From NCBI GenBank assembly GCA_002269645.1, contig NIVC01000798.1, forward strand, positions 92,191-156,190: DNA of 64,000 bases, in the 5' to 3' direction. The DNA comes from Macrostomum lignano (Eukaryota). The translations under genes and the position numbers were made by a program. Of this stretch, positions 37,540 through 50,930 are shown in pieces; position 1 is the first letter of the stretch; each line of letters starts with the position of its first letter. The notes beneath the pieces were generated by a model. The model saw nothing but the letters and a program-made list of their open reading frames with translations, did not search any database and was not told where the DNA came from.

Positions 37540-38160
37540 GGCGAAGAGAGGAGAGGAGAGGAGAGGGGAGAAAAAATAGATGGGAGATGAGAGGAGATGA
37601 ATGGAGAGAAGAAGAGAGGATAGGAGAGCATACTCGTAGGAGGGGAGAGAAGAGAAAAGGAGAGGAGAGGAGAGGAGAGGAGAGGAGAGGAGAGGAGAGG
37701 AGAGGAGAGGAGAGGAGAGGAGAGGAGAGGAGAGGAGAGGAGAGGAGAGGAGAGGAGAGGAGAGGAGAGGAGAGGAGAGGAGAGGAGAGGAGAGGAGAGG
37801 AGAGGAGAGGAGAGGAGAGGAGAGGAGAGTAGAGGAGAGTAGAGGAGAGTAGAGGAGAGGAGAGGAAAGGAGAAGAGAGGGGTGGAGAGGAGTGGAGAGG
37901 AGAGGAGAGGAGAGAGGAGAGGAGTGGAGAGGAGAGAAGAGGAGAAATGAGATGAAATGAGATTAGATTAGATGAAAGGAGATGAGAGAACAGAGGAAAG
38001 GACTGGAGAAAAGAGGAGAGAAGAGATTAGATCAGATTAGATGAGAGGAGAGAAGGAAAGAGGAGAGGAGAGATTAGATTAGATGAGAGGAGAGAAGAGA
38101 AGAGAAGAGAAGAGGGGGGATGAGATTAGATTAGATTAGATGAGAAGAGGAGCGGAGAGA
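37540..38160. repeat. (GGAGA)n pentamer repeat with degenerate GA-rich and (GATTA) flanks
   Basis: Pure core at about 37660-37829. Confidence 0.9.
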
Positions 38161-41100
38161 AGAGGTGACCAGCATCGGCTGAGAAAAATGGGCATGAAAC
38201 GCAGTAGTTTAGATCGGGGTGGGTGGCAGACCACACGGGCAGCGATGAAGAGCTGAGAGGACTGGCAGAGCTGGGGGGCCCAGATAGCAGACAGAATTCG
38301 CATCGTCCAGTTTGGCGCCCCAGATTCGGGCGAGGTCGTAAATAAAAATTGTAAAAAATGAAGAATCGTCACGCCCGCTGTGTTGCAGGCTTAAAGAGTT
38401 GTAAAGTCTCGCGGTCTGTCATTAGGGTCAAGAGCTAGCGGATTCGGTTGAATGGGATTAATAAGCGAGATTGGGTAGTTAGTGCGCGCGAAATAAAACT
38501 TGAATCAGAGATGAAACGCACACAGCTCAGAGAGGCTGGACAGCATCCATCATCAGACATCGGGAGAGAAGCAGTTGGAGTCATTCAGTGTTCAACTAAA
38601 AAAGGCCAGTTCACATTGCTCGGGATCAAGATTGCTCAAATCAATGTTAGAGTTTGTTCGGACCAATTTTCAAATTGGTTTGAGCAATCTTGATGCCGCA
38701 GAACTATGAGGTACTTATTACTGTCTATGAGCGCAGCTGGCTAGCAACTCACCGTCAGAGGTTGAGCATGTGGCGGATTTCAGATCAATTTGGCGCTGTC
38801 GAGCTGTTGAGCGGTAAAATCTGCAATTAAAAAGGGCAAAAGAGGACTATGATATTCATGTTGAACTTTCATAGAAAATATAGACTTGTTCCTAGCCAAC
38901 ATTGAACCCCATCCGGTCATTAAGAGTTTCTTAGAAATTTACTTAGCCTTGGGAGGGTCGCCTTAAGAATTCTAGCGAAAAGGGCGAGGGCGAGAGGGCT
39001 ACGGGAATATCTGCGGAGAGGCAAAGCACGAATTGCAAAGGAACGTGGGGGTCGAATATTAGAGAAACTTCCAGGCAGGAAGTTAAACTGTAGCAAACTA
39101 CAGTAAGCCTAAGAGTTTTGTCCAAGCAGTCTGGCTTTACATTCTCTCTCTCTCTCTCTCTTTCTCTCTTTGAATCCCTGGGTCCTCGCTTCAACCCCCA
39201 CGCCCCCTAATTCCATTGCAGCATTTTTCACTGTTTTCATCTTCGGCAACAGAGATGCTGCAACAGCGGCAGCAACAGTCAGCAGCGGATTTACTGTGCC
39301 CCCCCCCCCTACCAGATGTTTGCGCTTGGGAGGAGTGGGACGAGTGAGGCCGATGGGGGTCCATTCGCTGAAGCTGTCCCGATCCGGAGGCCTTCAAACG
39401 ACATACACACACAGGCATTCCAATACATGCGAGGCAACACGGGGGGCTTATTTTTGAAGAAGAGACATCGCTCGGATAGAGACAGACAGGTCGCAGCAGG
39501 CAGGAGTTGACGTTTCAGCTAGAGCGAGGAGAGGGGGGGGCGCCGCTAAAGGGGGCCACGCGAGCGCGCACACAAAAGAAGAGGGATTTCAATATGGTAA
39601 AGCAAAAGAAAGCTGTCGTTAAGCTGCACACAGTGTGCGCTGGGTGTGTTGCCTCTGTCTTGACAGCTGACAAAAATGCCATTCAGACTCTCGCTGTACG
39701 CTTGCCTCATCCTTCGGTCTAACTGTCTTTATCTGTAGGCTTTTAGTATTGTAGAATATTGTATACGGACACCATCATCTGACTCCTTTTAAAGCTTCTA
39801 TGAGCATGAAATCCATAATTACCTCTCTTTTAGAAGAAGGTTCGGATACCGGTGAATGGTGTGAAAAGTGAGCCAGAGTCGGGACTTAGCTCGCATTTTT
39901 CTCTTTTTCTTAAATACGCAGAATAGCAGAAACTCTCCCAAAATTAATGCGTAGACACGTATGAGCAGAATAAAAGTATGAAAGCGGCAGAACGGACCCA
40001 TAGTGAGTGAAAGTAAAAGTTTGAAAGTAGAAGTAGCCGGTTTAATTAGCTCTGTGCTTTAAGAAAGTGGGATGTACTGGTGAATAAACTTACTCTCAAT
40101 AGAAGTATCCACAAAAGTTACTGGCTTTATTAAAAAATTATTACAAAACGTAATGACGAACCTTATTCTCGAAATTTTAAACTGTGGACACATGTAAAAC
40201 ATGGTATGTGGATTTTTATTTACGTATAAAATACGCTAGACAATTAAACCCGCGAAAATGTTCGCTTTACAATATTTGATTTGATTGCCTCATCCACACA
40301 GCAAAAAAATCGATGTGACCGATCTGACTAGATAATTAGCTTTCAAAGCACATACACAACTGCAAGGAAAGATCAGTCGTCGCTGATTGGCTGGCTGCTT
40401 GCCGGCCAATATAAATAGAGGGGGAAATCGACTTAGAAGGTTATTCAAGGCCGGGGGTAGAGAAATCTTCGCCAGGCACAGAGAGGATTGGGGTGGGTGT
40501 CAATGTACACTATAATTTTTCGTCCCTTTCATGGGTTTGATGTTAGCCAATTAGAGGAGCTGTTGCCTGAGAGGAAAATCTAATTTAACTACGAACTAAC
40601 TCCATTAAAATGAAACATAACAAGTATTATGCAATATCACTTCCATTGTCACAAGCCTTTATTATAAAAACTTTCTTTGAGGAGAACTCAATTTTACACC
40701 AAAAATGTTCTCATCATTAGTGTAGTAGTTCCGAAATAAAATATTGCTGTCCTATTATGGGAGAAGTAAGCTTATTACTATCATCATGGGCCTTGGCTAT
40801 CTGCCTGTCAGCCAGTCAGCACTGCCACTTGCACTAGCATTGGCTGGCAATCTACGAAAATGCAATTAAAGCAATAATCGCATAAATTATTTACTTGCTC
40901 GGGATGGAGGCAACTACGCCTCAGACTCGTCTCCTCCCCCTCGGCAACTGGCGACTCGGAATTCGCCTCAGCTGAACTCCCATTTTCTCCCAAGCCTATG
41001 CGGTCCAATATTTCCTTTTAGCTGTCTGACAAGCTGCAGCTGAGACAGCAATTTTCTTGCCCCTAGCTCCCTTTAGACTTCAAATGTTAGCCTGATCACA

Positions 41101-41393
41101 CACGCGGAGATAAGCACTAAAGCATGCACTAGCTACTCAGAGACTAGGAAATAAAGATAGTTAATGGAGATAGATAGGAAGGAAGGAGAACTGTCGCATG
41201 CTAAAATCTGCAATTTCACAAATACTCCTCGTACGTAGACATGAATCACACGCATGCGAGAGGAGATGGTTAACAAAGAAAGATAAAATCAGTGGCAGAA
41301 CTTAAATATCTGTACATATATGAAAGAGGCAAATAGCATCAGGATAAATTTAGTAAACAGTAAAACATTCAACCAAGCATGGAAGTTAAATAT

Positions 41394-41750
41394 TCGCTAA
41401 CCATAGATAGTTGAACATTCAGCCAACTATAGACAGTTGAACATTCAGCCAACCATAGACAGTTGAACATTCAGCCAACCATAGACAGTTGAACATTCAG
41501 CCAACTATAGACAGTTGAACATTCAGCCAACCATAGACAGTTGAACATTCAGCCAACCATAGACAGTTGAACATTCAGCCAACCATAGACAGTTGAACAT
41601 TCAGCCAACCATAGATAGTTGAACATTCAGCCAACCATAGACAGTTGAACATTCAGCCAACTATAGACAGTTGAACATTCAGCCAACCATAGACAGTTGA
41701 ACATTCAACGAACCATAGACGGTTGAAAATTCAGCCAACCATAGACAGTC
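41394..41750. repeat. 26-bp minisatellite (GTTGAACATTCAGCCAACCATAGACA)n
   Basis: AGTT at 41461 and 41487 (period 26); about 13 copies. Confidence 0.95.
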
Positions 41751-42249
41751 GACCGTTGCACCACCATTGCCTCGAAAACTAGATCTCGATGAGGATGTAG
41801 AGACAGCAAAGCAGACTAGAATAAAAGTGCATTCCATAAACATTGATGAAGAGTAAGCCGCTCAATCCACGAACTTGGAAATGACTTTGTCAATATGCAA
41901 ATTGAAAACAGACCCATTCTCCCCCCCCCACTTTGGTTATGCTATAGTGAAGTATAGGGAGGGAAATGCTGCAGATGAAGAGCAGAGTGCGACGGGACAG
42001 CAATGCAATGGGATAATTACGACGAGAGGATGCTTATTGAGCCCGTCAATGCTGATGCAAGTGTCAAACAGACAGCTCAGCATTTTTAGCTGAATAAAAC
42101 AGATGCACACAACGGATACGTATGGAGCTCGAGAACCTGATGAAGATACAGAACATTACTAGATCGCAGATGGGTTGTGGGCGAAATCGACCCACAACTT
42201 GCGGTGAGATAATCCTGCTCATTCTGCTCGATCCTGAGCACATGCAAGC

Positions 42250-42375
42250 GCGCCAATACTGTACGCAGGCACACACTCATACACTAGCTCACACAGGGTG
42301 CACAGCGGCTCTTTGTGCCTTTCTAATCGTCAGGCATTGTACACTCTCTGTGATCTGGGGTTGGTGGGTGTGACA
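42250..42375 (-). mobile_element. Dispersed repeat, family 2 (partial copy)
   Basis: CAGGCACACACTC...GCTCACACAGGGTGCACAGCGG...CTTTCTAATCGTCAGGCATTGTACACTCTCTGTG matches the other copies. Confidence 0.6.
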
Positions 42376-42547
42376 AGCTCCAAATAAATGTAGCCGCGCG
42401 AGAGTCAGACGCAGTTCACCGCTGAGCTGCTCATTAAAACTTGGCACAGTTTTGATACTTTTCAAGTTTATCATCCCTCATCACACCGCAAAGACTTTCT
42501 AACAGAGTTGAAAGGTTGCACAAAAAGTTAACGAAATCGCCACCAAC

Positions 42548-42674
42548 CAGCTTGGAAAAGCATTTGAAGTGCAACAGCCAAAACAGCAGGGATTTGCAAA
42601 TAATTATTTTTGAAAATCGACTCATTAAAACACAAGCGGAAGTAACACTTCCCTAGCAGCAGACGCAGCAGCAT
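42548..42674 (-). CDS. Candidate alternative first coding exon D (signal-peptide-like)
   Basis: Acceptor ttaatctttcacttccggtcag directly before ATG at 42674; MLLRLLLGKCYFRLCFNESIFKNNYLQIPAVLAVALQMLFQA (42 codons + 1 nt); phase-1 donor CTG|GTTGGT is weaker than those of A-C. Confidence 0.35.
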
Positions 42675-44315
42675 CTGACCGGAAGTGAAAGATTAACAGA
42701 CAATTTCCTACCGAATGAGAAGGCTTCTGTGCACTTTAACGAAGCACAGCCAACCATGCGCATGATGCCCATGCCAACCCTGCGTCCAGCGGACTTCGTC
42801 TGCCAGCAAAAATGTTTATGCGGCTTAATTAGCTACAGATTTTTTTCTCCCTCTCTCTCTCTCTTTCTCTTTCTCCCTCCCAGCCTCTTCTAGTAGATCG
42901 ATTTCCCGCATGAGTCCGTCTAATGGGAAAAGAAGAAAGAGAGATGAGAGATGCCAGAGTGGCTGAGGGGGCTCTGCAGCAAGCAGGAGAGGAGAGGCCG
43001 ACGGTGGGAAAGCGAGCCAAAACCTAGCCGGAGACGGTGTGTCGGTTACCAAGAAAGTCGACAGTCTTGGCAGCAGTTTAAAACAAAAGAATCAGCTCTG
43101 CGCCGGGCGCTGCCAAAAGTGAAAAAAGAGCGCACGCACAAGTGTTGGCGAGAAAGGGGGCCAGCCAGTCTTAAAAGCACACAGAGTGAAGCAAAGAAGG
43201 CGGGGGGGGGGCGGTGATGGCTTGGATGGGAGATGAATTGGGAAGATGAAGGAGTAGAAAAGAAGCCGAGACAGTATCTTAGTAGATTGGCGCAAGTCCA
43301 GACGGCTGGCTGTTGGAAATCAAGTTGTAAAGGCTTGGGTGAGCTCAAGGCAAGGAGGGCCTCTTATGATTTATTCATTCATTTCTGGGCCTCATACGGC
43401 ACCACCCACAGGCAGGCGAGGCTTCTCTCGCAGCTTTTCTCCTCCCTCTGCTTGGCAGGACCCAGCGGTGTCCTCCAGGCCAAGTGCAGACTTCTTTTTA
43501 GTCGCGGGAGTGGGGGGCAATTTGAGAAGAACTCAAGAAGCGGCAGCAGATCTATAGCCTTACACCGCCTGAGCATTAGCGGAGAAGCAAACTGGGGGGC
43601 TGGACAGCGATTCGAGCTCCTGGAGAGACACAGTCAGAGGCTCAAGAGTGTGGGAGTAGTAAGTTCTTCATCTAAAAAGCAGCAATCGGTAATGAGAGCC
43701 TAATAAAATACACTAATAAATTTCTATCATTGCTCAAACCCGGCTCATCCAGCTGCCCCCGCTGCATGCAGGGAATACCAAATTGTGAATTGATGATTAC
43801 GCAATCAATTGCTTAAAAAGTTACGTAATCATCGCGCTGGGGGATAAAATGCGTCGCTAATCCTTCGACAGGGAACGGGAAAGAGTGTCGCGAAGGGATC
43901 CCACCGTTCCTCTTTAGTTTTCTCCTCACTCGAGCCGCCGGCTTTCCCCAAATAAAGCAGCGCGTGGGTGTGCAGGATCGAGATGCAACACACGCGATGG
44001 CCTTGCCGGCAGAGGAGGGGAGAATTATCCCCCCCACCCGGCAACCTCATCCTATCCCGGGGTGCAAATCCCACATTCAGTAGGGGATTTTGAGCTGCGG
44101 GCCTCATCTGTAAATGCTCAGTCAGTGAGAGCGCGAGAACTCACGCCGAATGAGTCTCCATCTCATATTGTGGGGATCAATTCGGGAATCTTGTGGGATA
44201 GCGCCCTTGCCACCTGACTCGGCAGAAAAATGCAACAATAGTCTGTTGTTTCTGCGGCGTTGACATCTAGCCTAATGTCGAGTACCGCTGTATATTTCAC
44301 CTGGCCAACAAAAGA

Positions 44316-44472
44316 GGTCAGAGAGGAGGTCAGAGAGCGGGTCAGAGAGGGGGTTAGAGACGAGGCCAGAGAGGGGGTCAGAGAGGGGTCAGAGAGCGGG
44401 TCAGAGAGCGAGTTAGAGACGAGGTCAGAGAGGGGGTCAGAGACAGGGTCTGAGAGGGGGTCAGAGACGGGG
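44316..44472. repeat. 12-bp degenerate minisatellite (GTCAGAGAGGGG)n
   Basis: Visible tandem unit. Confidence 0.85.
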
Positions 44473-44811
44473 GTCTGGATCTGTTTATAAGTTTTGCCAC
44501 ACTAGCGGACACAGATCGCATCATTGATGACACGATCATCATGCGATTGGTGCACACACACACGCTAGCTAGTAAACAGTGCCCCCCCCCCCTCGCACAG
44601 CCCTAGACTTCGGGGTAGGGCTGCTTTATCCTAGCCAGGATTGACAGGTTGCTAGATTTTTTCGAACATCTGTCTGCAAGAGACGGTGTTTATGAAGGAT
44701 ATAGAGGGTCAGGTGTAGGGTACTAGACAGAAAAATTAAAATTATATTCTGGAAAGAGTAGTATTAAATAGAAAAAAACAAGAGACAGCGGGTGAGATGA
44801 CATGAGAAAGA

Positions 44812-45088
44812 TGGCAGAGGACACAGAGGAGATGGCGGAGTGTACAGGGGAGATGGTGGAGTGTACATGAGAGATGGCGGAGTGTACATGAGAGATGGTA
44901 AAGTGTACAGGGGAGATTGTGGAGTGTACAGGGGAGATTGTGGAGTGTACAGGGGAGATTGTGGAGTGTACAGGGGAGATTGTGGAGTGTACAGGGTAGA
45001 TGGTGGAGTGTACAGGGTAGATGGTGGAGTGTACAGGTGGAGTGTATAGGGGAGATGGTGGAGTGTACAGGGGAGATGGTAGAGTGTA
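44812..45088. repeat. 21-bp minisatellite (GGAGTGTACAGGGGAGATTGT)n
   Basis: Visible unit; 7-aa periodic ORFs on both strands. Confidence 0.9.
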
Positions 45089-45734
45089 CATCTGGGGTAC
45101 AAGGGGAGACAGTTATCAAGAAAGCAACGCGTTCTCGAGAATCAAGAAGCTCCCCCGAAAGCCCCCAGCTCAGAAGGCGAGCAAAAGCTGGTGCTCATGC
45201 GGGTAGAAGAGAGTTTTGAGCAAGTTTGGAGCCACATTGGCAAATCGGATTGCACTCGACTGCATCTCTCAAGCGAAGCAATGATACAGCGCTTGAGATG
45301 GGATGAAGAGGCTAAGGATAAGCCCGATATATTGATCGGCCAAGATCGTGCCCGACGAGCGCTGAGTCCCCCTTGCAGCTCGAACCCTCTCGCTCCTGCT
45401 TTAGTTTACTCGAGACTGAAATCTAAAGAAATTTGCTCCACGCCGGCTGCTTCCACTGGATGCTCAGTCGCAGATTTCGCAGGGGCACGGGGAACCCGTC
45501 ATTAGGAGAGTCGAAAGGGCCAGCGGAGTCACTGAGGCGAATGCGTGAGCGAGTGAGTAGGTGTGTGAAGGATGTGTAGCGCAGAACTAATAAAACCAAA
45601 GCCCAATCACTCTTTTTTATTAAAGGCCGGGGGCTGTGTGCACCCTGGCGAACTGCAAGCGACATTGTCGCACAACCGGCGAGAGGCATTGCTGCCCATT
45701 CCGCCGACTCCCCTGAGCAGGCACACAAGCGGGC

Positions 45735-45981
45735 GGATACGTACGCAGTCATACGCACAGGCACACACTCACACAGGAGTGTACAGCGGTCCTAACTTTA
45801 TTTATCGTTAGGCATGTACACTTCACTGTGCCTTGTGGGTTTGGCCCTTGAGGCCGTTAATTGCACGAGCAGAGCCAAGCGGAGATTCCAATTTAGTCCC
45901 AAATTAATGTGACTGCAATGGGAATCGAGCCTGGGCCGCTGGCACATCAGAGCACCGTGCTAGACCACAAGGCTACGGCCT
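45735..45981 (-). mobile_element. Putative tRNA-derived SINE, family 2, copy retaining the head
   Basis: Minus-strand head GGCCGTAGCCTTGTGGTCTAGCACGGTGCTC...GGCTCGATTCCC (degenerate A and B boxes), followed by a body shared with 5149-5351, 24796-24910 and 42250-42375. Confidence 0.6.
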
Positions 45982-46737
45982 CCTTAGCCCAAAGACTAAG
46001 TATTACCGCAAGGATTACTTTAAACTATCCAGATTAGTCTCAAGCCTGCCATTGCTGAGCTCGCTAGCCAACCGCACTGGCTAGTTGCCATGCTTACATA
46101 AAACAGTGCAACTGCACGCAGTGCAGAGGAATCGCGGGCCCAGCTTCTGGCCCGGGGGCGCAAAGTGGGTCGAGGGGGAGGAAGGGGCCGCGCGTGCGCA
46201 TACGAGACGAGAAGCGAGGCTACAGCCGAGACACCAAGAGAGAACAGCGATGGTGAAGAGGCGGCGAGATCAACGCGTGGCCAAGGGGTAAAGGGCTAAT
46301 CGCATTGCCGCCCGCGCTAATGTCGCCGCCGCCGCTGCCACCGCTGCCGCCGTCCCTTCAAGGCTCCGCTGGCTGCCTGCCAGATACAATTATGCCCCCG
46401 TTGCTAACACAGATGAGTAGTAAAGAGAGAGAAGGGCCATGGCCAGGTTTGCAAAGGGAGAAAGGAAAGGCAGCCGGAGGCCATGACAATGTATCTATCA
46501 GCGTGTTTGTTTCGGCAGGACAGGGAGGTGGGTGGGGCAATGGAGAGGGGCAGGGCAGCCTCTACGCCTGTTTGCGGCCCAATAGATTGAGCAATAAATG
46601 CCGCCGTCGCTGGTGGATCAAAAAAGTACACGCTATCGAAGCACAGAGAAATGAATTCTGCATTGCAGAGATTGTATTTTTGCACAATAGGTTGTCTTTG
46701 TAAGAGCTGTTAGATGAAAAAGGCTGAATAAATGTAA

Positions 46738-47251
<514 letters not shown>

Positions 47252-48349
47252 GGATGCACTTATCCCAGTCATTGTGCTAGGAAAAGTCAAAGAATAGATT
47301 GAGAAGACAGTTGGGCGCAGGCAAATCACAGACAGCTCTCTATGATTGAGTTACGGGATGGGTTAGCAAATAAGGAAAGGAGAGAAAGCCAGCAGCAAAG
47401 AAGGAAGCTGCAAAAGGCGACGGGACCCTTATTTCCGAACAGGCTTTTTTCTCTCTAACTAATCTCCCCGACTCCCCGCCCGGTGAACTCCTGCCCGCCA
47501 TGCCAACTCGAGCTCCCATTTCGTTCGTGGAGGAACTTCTCCTCTCTGCCTGAGCTTCTTGAATGAAAGGAGAAAAGAGAGACGACTCGGCAATCCGGGC
47601 AGCATCAGCGCCTGGAAGAAGACTTAGGCGGGCACAGGGTAGGCTGGCGTCTCCGCGGGGCTCAAGTTTCCACCCGGCAGAGTCGTGCTCGGGAGATTAT
47701 CTGGGCTCCGGTTCTTATCTCTAAAATACGAGCTGACAGAGGGGCCAGCGACTGCGCCGCCAGAAATTCCTTGGACTGCTAAGCAGTTTTCGCTTCAGTC
47801 CCCCGCTAGGTTCCCTTTATCCCCTCTGCCATCGCCAACTCACCATTCCCCTAGCTGCATAGCTTCAATATTCTCATAGCTAAAGTTGAGCCTGCATTCG
47901 GCGTTCCTTTTCTCTCTCTCTCTTTCTCTTTCTCTGCAAAGCATTCTGCGAGTAAGCGCAGAGTTGCCTGACCCAAATTAATTGAAACTTTCAAAAAGAA
48001 GTGCACCGCATTGGGGTGAGATCGGGTTGAGAGATGCATGTACTTTATAATAATGGCAATAATGATCACAGTAGTAATAATAATAATAATATACCCGATT
48101 TTGTACTCTGCTGATTTGGAGAGCCATCCAAAGAGAGAGAGAGAGTGGGACAGAGATAGAAGAGTTAGGGCAAGTGCACGCGATCGATAAGTCATAGAAA
48201 AAAATGAGTCTTTTTTTAACGCAACCGCGGCCCCAGCCCGAACGCAAATTCAATAACAAGCTGGCGCTGGTTGTGACGCTTAGCCCGAGCTGCAGTCAGG
48301 GACTCCGACGTCCAGCTGTAGAACTGCGTGTTCTCTGCAGCACCCTAAC

Positions 48350-48469
48350 GGGCTTGTAGCCTAGTGGTCAGAGCGTCGGACTCGCGACTTGAAGGTCGGG
48401 GGTTCGATTCCCGATCCCAATGGAACATTTTGTGTCCTTCAGCAAGACACTTATATCTGCATTGCTTCA
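48350..48469 (+). mobile_element. SINE family 1, 3'-truncated copy (tRNA head plus part of CORE-like domain)
   Basis: GGGCTTGTAGCCTAGTGGTCAGAGCGTCGGAC...GGTTCGATTCCC...CAGCAAGACACTT...GCATTGCTTCA; 16 mismatches in 120 nt against the adjacent inverted copy (hand count). Confidence 0.85.
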
Positions 48470-48481
48470 TGTCCGTTAGGG

Positions 48482-48793
48482 TAATAATAATAATAATAAT
48501 AACTGATTACATCTGCCCTAATGGGCAGATGTACAACCGACAGCTCAGCCGCAGCTATTGCACGGCGCATCTGAAGACTGCGTACGGCTGTTCAGTCCAA
48601 GGACTGGGGGTCGCCACACACACCCTCAATTACCCCAGCTAATGCTGGCACTCATTTTACAGCTGGGTGAACTGAAGCAATGCAGAGTTAAGTGTCTTGC
48701 TCAAGGACATAGATTGTTCCAGTGGGATCGGGAATCGAACTCCCGATCTTCCAGTCGTAAGTCCGACGCTCTAATCACTAGGCTACAACCCGC
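48482..48793 (-). mobile_element. SINE family 1, full-length copy
   Basis: Reverse complement is colinear with 12332-12640 over head, CORE-like domain, CAGTCCTTGGACTGAACAGCCGTACGCAGTCTTCAGATGCGCC block, 3' hairpin and (TTA)n tail. Confidence 0.9.
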
Positions 48794-49788
48794 CCAGGAC
48801 GTTTTGAACTAGTCCTATTATATTCACATGTTTTGGAACCTTATGCCACTAACTCGTAAGCTGTTAATCCAATCTCTAGACTACTGCAATCGGTGCGTCG
48901 ATGTGATTTACAGCCTGCCGGATGTCGGCACCGAGGCTGGCAATCGTAACTACTATTGCACCAACTTGACGCGCCTCTGTGTAAACTCGGCTCAGCAACA
49001 TTTCCCCTGGCTCAATAACGAATTAACAACAAATGAAGTGTAATTTATTAGCCAGATTAACAATTTTCCTACAGAAAACTTATGCTTATAACTTTATTAA
49101 GGATATAAGGAGAACTTTACTTCTAATCAATCTCCTCAGCTGCCTCAAGCAACATCAAGCTTAGTTTGCTCTCCATCCGAAAAAAACCTGTCCACGCCAC
49201 CTGCGCCTTTTTGGCAGTGAGCTAATTAATAATTAATGAGCAAGTAAAGCGCGATAGCTGAGTCGGACAGAGGGCACAGTTGCCCAGACAAATTGGAGGT
49301 GGACAAAGGGCGATGGTCGGGCACGAAGAAGGGTAGAAAAGACCGATGAGGCATCGGTGAGACTGGGAGAAGGTAAAGAAATAAGATTGCGACGGGAAAA
49401 TGCTTAATGGGAATGGAATATGGGAAGCCAAGGTGGTCAGGGTGCAGTTACGGTGGGGGTTCCTCCCAGTGCAATGAGGCTTCCTCAAGCATCCGCGTCT
49501 TCTAGCCTATCTATTTCTGTTTTTCGTTTGCAAGAAAAAACGCAGCTCAACCTCACTACCGAGTCACGCTTCACTGCCTCACTGCAGCGATTTTGCACGG
49601 TTGAGGTACTACTGCGTAGGCCTCTAGCAGTACCGCGTGGACGGATGTTTCACCAGGATGTTGGGATATTAAGTGAGAAAAGAAGATGCGGATGCAAAGG
49701 AAACAGAAACAGGATGACGAAGACTCTCGAACAGTCAATGGTAATCTATCTGCACAGACAGTGTCTTGATTAATGAGATCTCAATGCC

Positions 49789-50930
49789 CCTCTGTAGCGG
49801 TCGCCTCTGTAACCTACACTGCCTTTGCTAGAGCCTACAGTGACTCCCCATTAACCTACACCGCCTCTGTTGGAGCCTACAGTGACTCCCCATTAACCTA
49901 CACTACCTCTGCTAGAGCCTACAGTGGCTCCCCATTAACCTACACTACCTCTGCTAGAGCCTACAGTGGCTCCCCATTAACCTACACTGCCTCTGTTAGC
50001 CTACAGTGACTCCCCATTAACCTACACCGCCTCTGTTGGAGCCTACAGTGACTCCCCATTAACCTACACCTCTGTTGGAGCCTACAGTGACTCCCCATTA
50101 ACCTACACTATCTCTGTTAGCCTACAGTGACTCCCCATTAACCTACACCTCTGTTGGAGCCTACAGTGACTCCCCATTAACCTACACTATCTCTGTTAGA
50201 GCCTACAGTGACTCCCCATTAACCTACACCGCCTCTGTTGGAGCCTACAGTGACTCCCCATTAACCTACACTATCTCTGTTAGATCCTACAGTGACTCCC
50301 CATTAACCTACACCGCCTCTGTTGGAGCCTACAGTGACTCCTCATTAACCTACACTATCTCTGTTAGAGCCTACAGTGACTCCTCATTAACCTACACTGA
50401 CTCTGTTGGAGCCTACAGTGACTCCTCATTAACCTACACTGCCTCTGCTAGAGCCTACAGTGACTCCTCATTAACCTACACTGCCTCTGTTGGAGCCTAC
50501 AGTGACTCCCATTAACCTACACTGCCTCTGTTAGAGCCTACAGTGACTCCTCATTAACCTACACTGCCTCTGCTAGAGCCTACAGTGACTCCCATTAACC
50601 TACACTACCTCTGCTAGAGCCTACAGTGACTCCTCATTAACCTACACTGACTCTGTTAGAGCCTACAGTGACTCCTCATAAACGTACACTGCCTCTGTTG
50701 GAGCCTACAGTGACTCCCCATTAACCTACACTGACTCTGTTGGAGCCTACAGTGACTCTTCATTAACCTACACCGCCTCTGCTAGAGCCTACAGTGACTC
50801 CTCATTAACCTACACTGCCTCTGTTGGAGCCTACAGTGACTCCCATTAACCTACACTACCTCTGCTAGAGCCTACAGTGACTCCTCATTAACCTACACTG
50901 ACTCTGTTTAGAGTACCACAGCGACTCCTC
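49789..50930. repeat. 42-bp minisatellite (GAGCCTACAGTGACTCCCCATTAACCTACACTGCCTCTGTTA)n
   Basis: 14-aa periodicity in track ORF 49773; about 27 copies. Confidence 0.95.

Noticed and set aside
48560-48620. Hammerhead ribozyme in the SINE (CTGAAGA fits the CUGANGA core)
   Set aside because: No downstream GAAA or stem geometry completing the catalytic core.
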